A DNA stretch of 64,000 nt from Candidatus Peribacteria bacterium (GTDB lineage Bacteria > Patescibacteriota > Gracilibacteria > Peribacterales > Peribacteraceae): NCBI GenBank assembly GCA_023038255.1, contig CP082927.1, forward strand, positions 446,146-510,145, read 5' to 3'. This document shows positions 7,405 to 17,080 of this stretch, piece by piece. The first letter of the stretch is position 1. Each line of letters opens with the position of its first letter. Below the pieces are notes generated by a model. It was not told the origin of the DNA, made no database searches, and was given only the letters and a program-made list of their open reading frames with translations. The position numbers and the translations under genes were made by a program.

Positions 7405-7434
7405 TTTGAGGGGCGCAAGATAGCGCCCCTCAAA
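7405..7434 (-). other. 12-bp GC-rich stem-loop in the tuf-rpsJ spacer
   Basis: TTTGAGGGGCGC-aagata-GCGCCCCTCAAA. On the transcribed (minus) strand it is followed by AAAAACCCTTTTT, so it is not a canonical terminator. Confidence 0.6.
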
Positions 7435-7447
7435 CCCATTTGCAAGC

Positions 7448-8629
<1,182 letters not shown>

Positions 8630-8778
8630 ACGGTAAGGGGAAGAAAAAGAGAAATAGAGATCCAGTTTTCCGGTACCAAATTGTTCAAATGGTCCTTGAA
8701 AGCTGGGGTAGTGTAGGGAATTGGCAGTTGCGGGTCAACAGGGATTCAGAAGAGGGAAAACGCATAGCAGGGAAGAAA

Positions 8779-11649
8779 TTAATTGCTGTAGGCAGTACTC
8801 CGGATGACCGATTCCTGCTGCTCGATCCAGAAGAATTCCTGAGAGGTACCGGAATCACCATCTAACCAGCGGATGTGGCTGGACTCACTGCTGACACCTT
8901 TCAATGTGGCATCTGTGAAGGAATCAAGCGAGACCTGCAGCGTGGATCTGCCGAAGAAGGCTGTATCCGTATCGGTTACTTCTCCTTCGAGAACAAGGAC
9001 AGAGGAAGATGATGGCGGAAGAATCGTGTTCACCGCTCCATCCGCCATATTCCAGCAGGCGACGTGGAATGTGGATGCGCCCTCCGTGTAATCCAGCACG
9101 GAACAGGGTGTTTTGGTCGTTGTATCGGCCCGGTTATACAACTTGAAGCTGTTGGGATTCATCTGGATGTTTGCCAGATTGACGGTGAAGATCAGATCCG
9201 TGATGGTTGCTTTGTTGAGGCCGTTCTTTGTATTGCCGTTGTATGGTGCGAAGAAGCGGAAGTGCCCGATAGGCGCAACGCCGCTCGGGATAGCGGTGCC
9301 ATCAACTTCCCAGCTGGCATTTTCCACTTTGCTGAATCTCTGCAAAAGGATTGTGTGGATGGTACTCGTCACAGCCTGATGTATGCCTGGTGTCGGTGTT
9401 CCTATAAAGAACTCACCCTGGTCTACCGAGTCTCCGTTGGAAATGGTCAGCAGATTTTGAGAGGTGACGCCGCGGGCTTCCACAACGCCGGGAAATCCGG
9501 GATCCAGCGAAATACCAATCTCCTGGCCGCTCACTGCACCCTGTTCGTCAGACTTCAGCTGTGCTTTCACGCTGAGTTCCATGGGAGTACCCGGGAGAAC
9601 AGACAGTGCGGGATTGAAGGTGACACAGAAGGCACTGTTACTGACAGACGGGCATTTTGTCTTCTGTGCATAGCCGACAACCCCTGTATAGCCGGATGCA
9701 AAGACCTGCAGGTGATCTATGCCACTGAAACCATTACCCGGAATAAAGAATGCCATCTTGGACACAGAGATTGTTTCACGCTCGGCGCGCAGTTGTGCCC
9801 GGAACAGAATGTCGGACAACGCACCTCCCAGTATCTGATGACTCGGAACAGGAGTGGCGGATTTGGTGATGTACAGCGCTCCCTGCTGTGCCACATTGAT
9901 CTTTTTCGGGGGGAGTGTGATCAGCTGCATGCTGCAGGATGACACGGGACAGACGCCGTTTTTACTCATGCCCGAGAGTGCCAGGCCGTTTGCAGTATTC
10001 AGAGCAGTGACCGGCTGCGCGATATTCATGAAGGAATAACCGAGCTGGATGTTGCTGACAGGTGAGAGCATGTCCGCGCGCATTTCAAACAGTGTTTTCG
10101 TGCCTCCTACAAATGTACGATTGTTGGTGAAGCTGACAGCGGCCGGACCGTCTGCCTTCTGTTTTGCGTTGAAGAGCGTTTCAGCTGTGCCGTCTCCATT
10201 CGTATCCATATAGAGCGAGTAGTGCTGCATTTTCAGGGCGCCGCTGCTGTTCTGACTGTTCCAGAGCATATCGCCCCCGAAAATCATCAGGACCAGCTGG
10301 ACATTGGTGTCACTGCGGGTTTCGACTTCAAAACGTTTCAGAAGAATACCCTTCTGACCCGGCAGCACGATTTCATTGGCGCCGATATCAAGCTCGCGAA
10401 TCGTCAGCATAGCGGATCCATTTGATGGCTGTGATGTTGGCTGCTGTGCGGAACTGCTGCTTCGTGCAGAGGAGCTTGGAAGAACTGTAACAGAGCTGCG
10501 GGAGGACGAAAGGGTGCTCGCGGAGGATGGGAGAATCGGAGTGGCAGACGAGGAGGACGACCGGCTGCTAGATGCAGGAGGGGAGAAGGAGGCAGTGGAT
10601 GAAGTTGCTACTTCCCGGCGGCAATTTTCGGAGCACCCGTCACCGCGGCGCACATTTCCGTCATCACAGTCTTCGCCGAGTGCCGCTGTCAGAATAGTGT
10701 CCCCACAGTAGAGCCACTTACAATTCAGACAGTTGCTGGCTGTTGCGTCACACTCTTCTCCCAGAGACGGAGTGACAACGCCGTCACCGCATCGTTCGCT
10801 GGTGCAGGAGGCTGAACATCCGTCACCTGCTTTCTTGTTTCCGTCATCACAGGCTTCACCAGTCTGGAGCAGGCTGTCTCCGCAATACACCGGAAATCCC
10901 CCGGTTCCTCCAATGCCGCCACTCGGCAGACTGGATGCCGGTCCGTCCATGGGTCCATCCCATGGTCCTTCCACACCTCCTCCTGTCGAACCGTCACAGG
11001 GAGTGCTTTGCCAGACGCCGTTACAGTAGTACTCAATAACAGCTCCCCCGGACGATGCCGCACTGGAAGCACTGGATTCTACTGTCTGGCTGACCGGCTG
11101 TAGCGCCAGTCCGTCTGCAATGGTAAGAGTATTCCCTCCTATAAGGGTAATGCGCAGCGTCCCCGCATTCATCGTGATGGTGCCGATTTTTTCCCAGCCC
11201 ATGGAGTCATACGCTGCATCATTCGGAACATTCCGCTGATCCGCTGTGAGGGCAGGCTGCGAGACAATCAGACCGTCGCTTTCGGTGGAAACGTTATAAA
11301 GCGCTGCCGCATTGTTTGTCCCGAATGGAGTCCATGTTGCGTAGATATTATAGGTATCCGCATTCAGGTTCGTGAATGTCCAGGTTGCGCTGGTGTCGGT
11401 GTCCGCACTCAGAAGATGAGTAAAATCCCGCTTGTATGATTTGGCGTGAGCGACCGGTGTGCCGCCGTTTGTGGAAAACCCGCTGTCGCCATCATCCATC
11501 ACCGTAAAATTCAGCTGGTATGGATAGGGAAGTGCAACCTGTGCTTTCAGTGCCGTATCAATCGCAACGTTTCCAGACAGGCCGACGAGTGCCGCCAGCC
11601 ACAGGAACGAGGGGCGGACGTGCACGTGCTTTTTCTTCTTCTTTACCAT
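8779..11649 (-). CDS. giant secreted protein with cysteine-rich CxxDDGN repeats and poly-Ser linker
   Basis: The track ORF starts at TTG 11655. ATG at 11649 gives MVKKKKKHVHVRPSFLWLAALVGLSG (signal/anchor). Three CGD..(x)..E.CDDGN..GDGCS..C repeats of the Myxococcus cysteine-rich repeat/DUF4215 type are followed by a long Ser-rich linker and a large beta-rich C-terminal region. Confidence 0.8.
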   Translation of the reverse strand: MVKKKKKHVHVRPSFLWLAALVGLSGNVAIDTALKAQVALPYPYQLNFTVMDDGDSGFSTNGGTPVAHAKSYKRDFTHLLSADTDTSATWTFTNLNADTYNIYATWTPFGTNNAAALYNVSTESDGLIVSQPALTADQRNVPNDAAYDSMGWEKIGTITMNAGTLRITLIGGNTLTIADGLALQPVSQTVESSASSAASSGGAVIEYYCNGVWQSTPCDGSTGGGVEGPWDGPMDGPASSLPSGGIGGTGGFPVYCGDSLLQTGEACDDGNKKAGDGCSASCTSERCGDGVVTPSLGEECDATASNCLNCKWLYCGDTILTAALGEDCDDGNVRRGDGCSENCRREVATSSTASFSPPASSSRSSSSSATPILPSSASTLSSSRSSVTVLPSSSARSSSSAQQPTSQPSNGSAMLTIRELDIGANEIVLPGQKGILLKRFEVETRSDTNVQLVLMIFGGDMLWNSQNSSGALKMQHYSLYMDTNGDGTAETLFNAKQKADGPAAVSFTNNRTFVGGTKTLFEMRADMLSPVSNIQLGYSFMNIAQPVTALNTANGLALSGMSKNGVCPVSSCSMQLITLPPKKINVAQQGALYITKSATPVPSHQILGGALSDILFRAQLRAERETISVSKMAFFIPGNGFSGIDHLQVFASGYTGVVGYAQKTKCPSVSNSAFCVTFNPALSVLPGTPMELSVKAQLKSDEQGAVSGQEIGISLDPGFPGVVEARGVTSQNLLTISNGDSVDQGEFFIGTPTPGIHQAVTSTIHTILLQRFSKVENASWEVDGTAIPSGVAPIGHFRFFAPYNGNTKNGLNKATITDLIFTVNLANIQMNPNSFKLYNRADTTTKTPCSVLDYTEGASTFHVACWNMADGAVNTILPPSSSSVLVLEGEVTDTDTAFFGRSTLQVSLDSFTDATLKGVSSESSHIRWLDGDSGTSQEFFWIEQQESVIRSTAYSN

Positions 11650-11770
11650 GAACAAGGGGGAAGAGGCTTTTCAGTTCATATCTTAATCACAATGGTGCAG
11701 AGAAACTATATGCGGCAAAAAAGAGACTTTGCACAGTGATCATTTTTTGCTCTCTTGCTAGGATGCATGC

Positions 11771-12751
11771 ATGAATAAAGAGGAGCGCATCGCCGGATTT
11801 GTGGAGGAGATCTGGGCGTGGTACATGCGGCATAAGCGCATTCTCCCATGGCGCGATCTCGCAATCGCCGACGACACGCAGCGTGCGTACATGGTTCTTG
11901 TCTCCGAAATCATGCTGCAGCAAACACAGGTGCCGCGCGTTATGATTATCTTCAAGCGCTTTCTCGATGAATTCCCCACTGTTGCTGCTCTCGCTCAGGC
12001 CTCAAACAAAGAGGTGATCCTGGCGTGGAAGGGGATGGGCTACAACTCGCGCGCCCTGCGTCTTCGCGATGCGGCAAACATTATCATCGACGAACATCAG
12101 GGGATATTTCCCAAAGAGATGGATCAGCTGTTATCGATCAAAGGAATCGGTCCCTACACAGCCGCCGCCATCCGCAACTTCGCATTCAACATCCCGACGC
12201 CGTGCATCGACACAAATATCCGCCGCATTCTGCACCGTACGTTTGTCGGACCAGAAAGTGATGAAGGAACATGGGACATGAATGATCGCGCGTTGCTGAA
12301 AATTGCCGCAGAGGTACTGGATCACGCTGTGCAGACAGTGCCCGCCGGACTCAAGGGTGCTGCCGATTGGCATGCTGCCCTCATGGACTTTGGCTCGCTT
12401 GTGCAGACAAAATCGAATCCCAAGTGGGACATCTGTCCGCTCACAGAAAAAAACCTGATGAAAGCAACGCCAAAGAACTTTCCTGAAAGCCGAAAGCTGA
12501 AAGCCAAAAGCTCATCCAAAGAGCCCGGCCGCATGATGGGTGCCACCTATATTCCGAACCGCATCTTCCGCGGTCGCATTGTCGATGCGTTGCGCGAGCA
12601 TCATCAGGGTCTTGATTTCGATCTGATCGGTCAGGAAATCTGCACGGACTGGACTGATGAACATCATCTGTGGCTTGAGCAACTTCTCCTGAAACTCAAA
12701 GCGGACGGCCTGATTGCCGTCCGCAAGGATCGCTATGTGCTGGGGGATTAA
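11771..12751 (+). CDS. mutY: MutY-like HhH-GPD adenine DNA glycosylase lacking three of four Fe-S cysteines, with a short C-terminal domain
   Basis: LPWRD, catalytic VSEIMLQQTQV, HhH LLSIKGIGPYTAAAI, catalytic Asp in IDTNIRRIL. The cluster loop reads QTKSNPKWDICPLTEKN where CTRSKPKCSLCPLQNGC is expected. Confidence 0.8.
   Translation: MNKEERIAGFVEEIWAWYMRHKRILPWRDLAIADDTQRAYMVLVSEIMLQQTQVPRVMIIFKRFLDEFPTVAALAQASNKEVILAWKGMGYNSRALRLRDAANIIIDEHQGIFPKEMDQLLSIKGIGPYTAAAIRNFAFNIPTPCIDTNIRRILHRTFVGPESDEGTWDMNDRALLKIAAEVLDHAVQTVPAGLKGAADWHAALMDFGSLVQTKSNPKWDICPLTEKNLMKATPKNFPESRKLKAKSSSKEPGRMMGATYIPNRIFRGRIVDALREHHQGLDFDLIGQEICTDWTDEHHLWLEQLLLKLKADGLIAVRKDRYVLGD
12481..12515 (-). repeat. 35-nt heptad element, copy 3, inside the mutY-like CDS (minus strand ATGAGCTTT-TGGCTTT-CAGCTTT-CGGCTTT-CAGGA)
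   Basis: On the plus strand it reads TGAAAGC-CGAAAGC-TGAAAGC-CAAAAGC-TCAT, in frame, encoding ESRKLKAKSSS. Confidence 0.8.
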
Positions 12752-12755
12752 ATCC

Positions 12756-15700
12756 TTAACATTTGCGGTAGCGCCAGATCTCGCCCTTATCCAGATTGAA
12801 GAGATAGATTCCCTTCTGCGGTGTGTACCATGCCGGCTGGAAGAGCCCCAGGCTTGCGGGAATGCTTGCACCGGCACTCAGGGTGTTCGTCTCGAGGTTA
12901 TACTCCAGAATCGCATTCTGACCGTTGCCCGTAAAGAAGGAGAGCGTCTTGTGACTTTCATCAAAGAGCATCTCGCGCGGACGCTGTGATCCGGAGGTCA
13001 GGCTGCTTGCATACCCCGGTACTGTTGCCGGGAATGTTGCGATTTTCGACAGCATTTTTGTTGCCGTATCCAGTTTGTAGAGTGAATGAACGTAGGTGTA
13101 TGTATACGGCTGCTGTGTGATGGTGATCTTGCGGTAGAGAATATAGGCGGTCGATCCATCTGCACTGATAACAGATGCGCTCGGTGTTTCTGCCGGGCCG
13201 TTTGCAATGTGCGTATAGACAACGGTGTTACCACTCAGATCAAAATATCCGACCTGCGATCCGACGCCTACAGCGCTGTTACTCTTTGCGGCAAAGTAGT
13301 AGAGGCGCTTGTTTAGTGCATCCCATGTTGTCGTCACCATATCAGACGACCATTCGGATTCTCCGGATGTCTGGAGCGGATTCTGGGGTGCACCATCAAA
13401 GGTGAATGCGACCGGCCAGACTTTCATAGTGGCAAGATTCAGATCAAACAGGCTCCAGTTGTAGTCGATCAGATTGTTGTGTGCGATATAGAACGCATGC
13501 GGCTGACCGTTTTTTGTCACATGCGCAATCTGCCCAACCGGCGTTGCGTAGTAGGAACGGTAGAACCATTCTTTCCAGTCGAAGGCGCTTTTATTGGAAA
13601 CACGGTCAAATTCCGGAGTGTACGTTGCGACACGTGCTGCTGTCGGGATGAAGGACAGAGTGGTGCCGTTTTCGCCCCAGGCGGAGAAGTTCCACGGCCA
13701 GCCGGCACGATCTCCTGCGAGTGCAGAGGGACCCGGGATGCTGGTCTTCATTTTCTCAAATTCATTACAGGTGGTCCACGCAACAGGCTGTGCCGGTGCG
13801 CTTGAGGAAGAACTTGATGATGCAGAGCTCGCCTGACACGGCGGCGGATTCTGCACAGAGATGGCATTATTCGGATAGGCAATCGCAAAGGATGTTCCCG
13901 GCTGGAATTCGAGGGTTGCACTGGCCTGGTAGTTTGCGACCGGACACGGGGTGGTGCGTGTCAGGACAAGGCCGACACCAAGACCGTTCGGGGAATTACC
14001 GCGGACCGTCAGGCCCGCAGACTGACCCTGGGGACAATCAAACGTGCGGCGTCCGCCGAGTGCCTGTACATTTCTGAGCGTGCACGGCAGTCCCATCAGT
14101 GTGGCTGCGCTCCAGGATGCATCAACGGTTGCGGAAATGCGGACATCCTGCACATCAGCAGGACTCTTGTTGATGACGGCAACCGGCATCAGCAGTCTGC
14201 TGCAGGTTGCATCCATACATTGATTGCCGGATGTGCCCATCACGTTCTGCTTGATGGCAATAAGATCTCCTGCATTCTGGGCTGTGGACTGTTCTTCGGT
14301 CACCGTGACCATATTGCTGCAATCATTGGCATTATTGCCGTGACAGAGAGCGTAGCCCTTTCCTGCAGCAAAGGACGGGTTCATGCTTGAGAGGAACAGA
14401 GTGACCGGACTTTCCCTGCCGCAGAATGCATTCTGGTTCACAGCAGACTGGAAATTGATGTCATTCAAATGCGTACAGATGTCATTGTTCTTCTGGAATG
14501 TGACAACGACGGTATCGCCATACGGAATGGTCGGCGTTACTTTGATGATTTTTACCGACTGCAGCACGGTGGAATTCTGCACGGTGAGAGAAGACGATGC
14601 GGACGATACCGGCTGGGCGGATGAAGAGGAGGAAGACCGGATTGATGAGGACGATGAGGACGATGACGAACGGATAGAAGATGCAACCGGTCCCTGTGTA
14701 CAGGCTGCAGGGATGGTGGCAAAGACGGAGTTATTGCTGCGGTCCACTTCGTAAATGCTCGCCGGTGCTGACTGCAGCAGGACTGCGGTGCGCGGAGAGC
14801 TGACCGGACACTGTACGTCCGTCGTGAGCACGAGTGAATATGTTTGTGTAGTCTCAGCAGGAATAGTCAGAAGCGGGCTGCCGGGACAGTCGAACATGCG
14901 GGCAGTCGGAAGGTCGACAATCATACACGGGACACCATTCAGTGATCCCGCCGTCCATGATGTATCGAGGTTGACCGCAATCATGGTATTGGTAGCGGCG
15001 GTCGGTGCAGTGTTTTTGAGAGTGACCGGAATGGAGATGGTGCGGCAATCGCTCGACAAACAGGCGGCAGTCCCTGCACTGATAGAGAAGCGGTCGAGAG
15101 GGGAGGTGTCCACCGGAGCAGCAACGCACAGCTGCATGCCCTGGGTTTTCGTGATCTGCTTGTCGACTCCCTGGTCTTTATACGTGAACGTCATCACATA
15201 ATCTCCTCTGCCACAGGCCGTGTAATCGGTAACGGTGAAGGGGAATGTGTAACCAACGCCCTTGTTTGCATCGCGGCTTATACCGGTGCATTCAATAATA
15301 TTACTGTTTGCCGTACAGGTTCCGATATTCATGGTATTGCCTGGCGTGTCGGCCTCAATACCTGTCGGAAATTCGATGCGCAATGTGCCATCTGTAAACG
15401 GCGTACTGAATGCTGCAATCGTTGCGAGCATGGAGTGCGGTGTGTTTTTCGGGAGATAGCCAAGCGGCGCATTAATGCTGGTGAGCACTGTGACAGAAGA
15501 GGAAGACGATCCGCCGCTGCACCCCTGCACCTTGATCGTGTTCGACATGATCACATAGCCGGATGCGTTCACCCGCGCCGTCAGAGGAATCTCCGCACAG
15601 GGAAGTGTATTCAGTGTTCTGACCGGCAGTGACAATGTCATGGCATGCTGCGCCTGGAAATTCATGCCGACACACGACATGGAGTTTGCGGTAATGCTGC

Positions 15701-16958
15701 AGTTCGGAAGGGTGCTCTGACCTTCTGTAATGATGCCTGTCGGCAGATTGAAGGTGAAAGACACATTCTGAAGCGTGGTCGACGCCGTCGTATTTTTTAT
15801 GACGAGCGTGTAGGTCGCAGACATATTTTTCTGAAGCCCATTCGGGCCTGTCAGCGTTGCAGTCATCGGTGCGCCGGGAGTGGTTGATGCGCGTGATGAA
15901 GAGGACGCGGGAGCTGAGGATGTTGTCTGTGCCACAGATGCGGCAGCAGACGATGTTGTGCTGTTTCCTGCAGAGCTTGTCTGCGCAGAAGACGCCGGGT
16001 CACAACTGACGCTCCATGCGGCAAAGTTGGAATAGACCTGCTGCAGATCCACTCCATCCCTCACACGTCCGCCTGCAACCAGACGAATCATTTCCAGAGC
16101 ATCACATTTTGCAGAAGACTGTACGACAAACGGGAAAGTGAAGTGCCGTGTCTGACGTCCATCAAGCGTGAGATTCTGACAACTGACCGTGTTTCCTTGC
16201 CCGCTACAGTTGCCGGATGTTCCTTCGACCGGCACTGAATATCCCGTAGGCATCGCAAGGGAAAATTTCACGGAATCAAGAGTCATGTCTCCGGTATTTT
16301 TGACATCAAAATCAATGTTCACAATGGACCCTTTCCTATAATCCCCGAGCGGACTTGCAAGGACAACCTGAAGCGGCATCGCAAGCAGCACATCATCGCG
16401 CGTAGGTGTATTGCTCGTCGGGAGGAATGTGGGGACGACGGTTGTATTGGTGTTTGTGACGGTGGAGGCTGCAGATCGTGCTGCTGCACTACTGACAGGA
16501 GCTGCCGGGCGCAATCCTGTGACAGACGGGATTGTTCCTGCCTGTACCATCATGCGGATTCCTTCGTTACAGCGGAAGAAGAGATCACGATCCGTGCGGA
16601 CGAGATACAGCTTTCCGCGGGTAAATGCCTTCAGCTCATTATCCGTTGCACCTGATACATACGTCTTCGCTTTTTCTGTACTGTTTTTGCCGGTGTATTC
16701 CTCGACAGAAAAACGGATGACCCTGTCTGCAGCAAGAGCTGCGTCCATGAGCGGGAATGTTTCTGCAATTGTTTCTTTATTGATGCAGAAGAAGATCGTA
16801 TCTTTCCCCGCTTTCAGCGTCAGACCCTGTTCAGCCTGAGCCGTCGTGGAGAAAACCGTCTCCGCGCGCAGCATGTCCCTTGTCGCAAATGCGATAAGAC
16901 CAATGCTGGCGACAAGAGCCACGAGGGTGGCGGTCCTGCGGATGGATGTGTGTGTCAT
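12756..16958 (-). CDS. giant secreted protein with repeated DUF11/CARDB-like beta-sandwich domains and a beta-propeller-like C-terminus
   Basis: The track ORF extends to 17027. ATG at 16958 gives MTHTSIRRTATLVALVASIGLIAFA (signal anchor) downstream of a TGCTACAAT -10 element. Repeated modules of the type VKNTGDMTLDSVKFSLAMPTGYSV are separated by poly-Ser linkers. Confidence 0.8.
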   Translation of the reverse strand: MTHTSIRRTATLVALVASIGLIAFATRDMLRAETVFSTTAQAEQGLTLKAGKDTIFFCINKETIAETFPLMDAALAADRVIRFSVEEYTGKNSTEKAKTYVSGATDNELKAFTRGKLYLVRTDRDLFFRCNEGIRMMVQAGTIPSVTGLRPAAPVSSAAARSAASTVTNTNTTVVPTFLPTSNTPTRDDVLLAMPLQVVLASPLGDYRKGSIVNIDFDVKNTGDMTLDSVKFSLAMPTGYSVPVEGTSGNCSGQGNTVSCQNLTLDGRQTRHFTFPFVVQSSAKCDALEMIRLVAGGRVRDGVDLQQVYSNFAAWSVSCDPASSAQTSSAGNSTTSSAAASVAQTTSSAPASSSSRASTTPGAPMTATLTGPNGLQKNMSATYTLVIKNTTASTTLQNVSFTFNLPTGIITEGQSTLPNCSITANSMSCVGMNFQAQHAMTLSLPVRTLNTLPCAEIPLTARVNASGYVIMSNTIKVQGCSGGSSSSSVTVLTSINAPLGYLPKNTPHSMLATIAAFSTPFTDGTLRIEFPTGIEADTPGNTMNIGTCTANSNIIECTGISRDANKGVGYTFPFTVTDYTACGRGDYVMTFTYKDQGVDKQITKTQGMQLCVAAPVDTSPLDRFSISAGTAACLSSDCRTISIPVTLKNTAPTAATNTMIAVNLDTSWTAGSLNGVPCMIVDLPTARMFDCPGSPLLTIPAETTQTYSLVLTTDVQCPVSSPRTAVLLQSAPASIYEVDRSNNSVFATIPAACTQGPVASSIRSSSSSSSSSIRSSSSSSAQPVSSASSSLTVQNSTVLQSVKIIKVTPTIPYGDTVVVTFQKNNDICTHLNDINFQSAVNQNAFCGRESPVTLFLSSMNPSFAAGKGYALCHGNNANDCSNMVTVTEEQSTAQNAGDLIAIKQNVMGTSGNQCMDATCSRLLMPVAVINKSPADVQDVRISATVDASWSAATLMGLPCTLRNVQALGGRRTFDCPQGQSAGLTVRGNSPNGLGVGLVLTRTTPCPVANYQASATLEFQPGTSFAIAYPNNAISVQNPPPCQASSASSSSSSSAPAQPVAWTTCNEFEKMKTSIPGPSALAGDRAGWPWNFSAWGENGTTLSFIPTAARVATYTPEFDRVSNKSAFDWKEWFYRSYYATPVGQIAHVTKNGQPHAFYIAHNNLIDYNWSLFDLNLATMKVWPVAFTFDGAPQNPLQTSGESEWSSDMVTTTWDALNKRLYYFAAKSNSAVGVGSQVGYFDLSGNTVVYTHIANGPAETPSASVISADGSTAYILYRKITITQQPYTYTYVHSLYKLDTATKMLSKIATFPATVPGYASSLTSGSQRPREMLFDESHKTLSFFTGNGQNAILEYNLETNTLSAGASIPASLGLFQPAWYTPQKGIYLFNLDKGEIWRYRKC

Positions 16959-16983
16959 ACGAAACAGAGGAATAAATCTTCTA

Positions 16984-16992
16984 ATTGTAGCA
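16984..16992 (-). promoter_or_regulatory. extended -10 element upstream of the 1400-aa surface protein gene
   Basis: The minus strand reads TGCTACAAT, 25 nt before ATG 16958. Confidence 0.4.
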
Positions 16993-17034
16993 GAAAAGGC
17001 GTTTTTACACAATATGCAGGTATGCACACAAAAA

Positions 17035-17061
17035 AGAGCGTCGGCTGGGACGCTCTTTTTT
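17035..17061 (-). terminator. intrinsic terminator after rny (symmetrical A/T flanks)
   Basis: AAAAA-AGAGCGTC-ggctgg-GACGCTCT-TTTTT, located between the rny stop (17081) and the promoter of the 1400-aa gene. Confidence 0.8.
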
Positions 17062-17080
17062 AAAAGACATCTATTCTGGC

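Noticed and set aside
12322-12546. 74-aa ORF antisense to the mutY-like gene, spanning the heptad element
   Set aside because: It has no start context and no features. It exists only because the repeat lacks stop codons in that frame.
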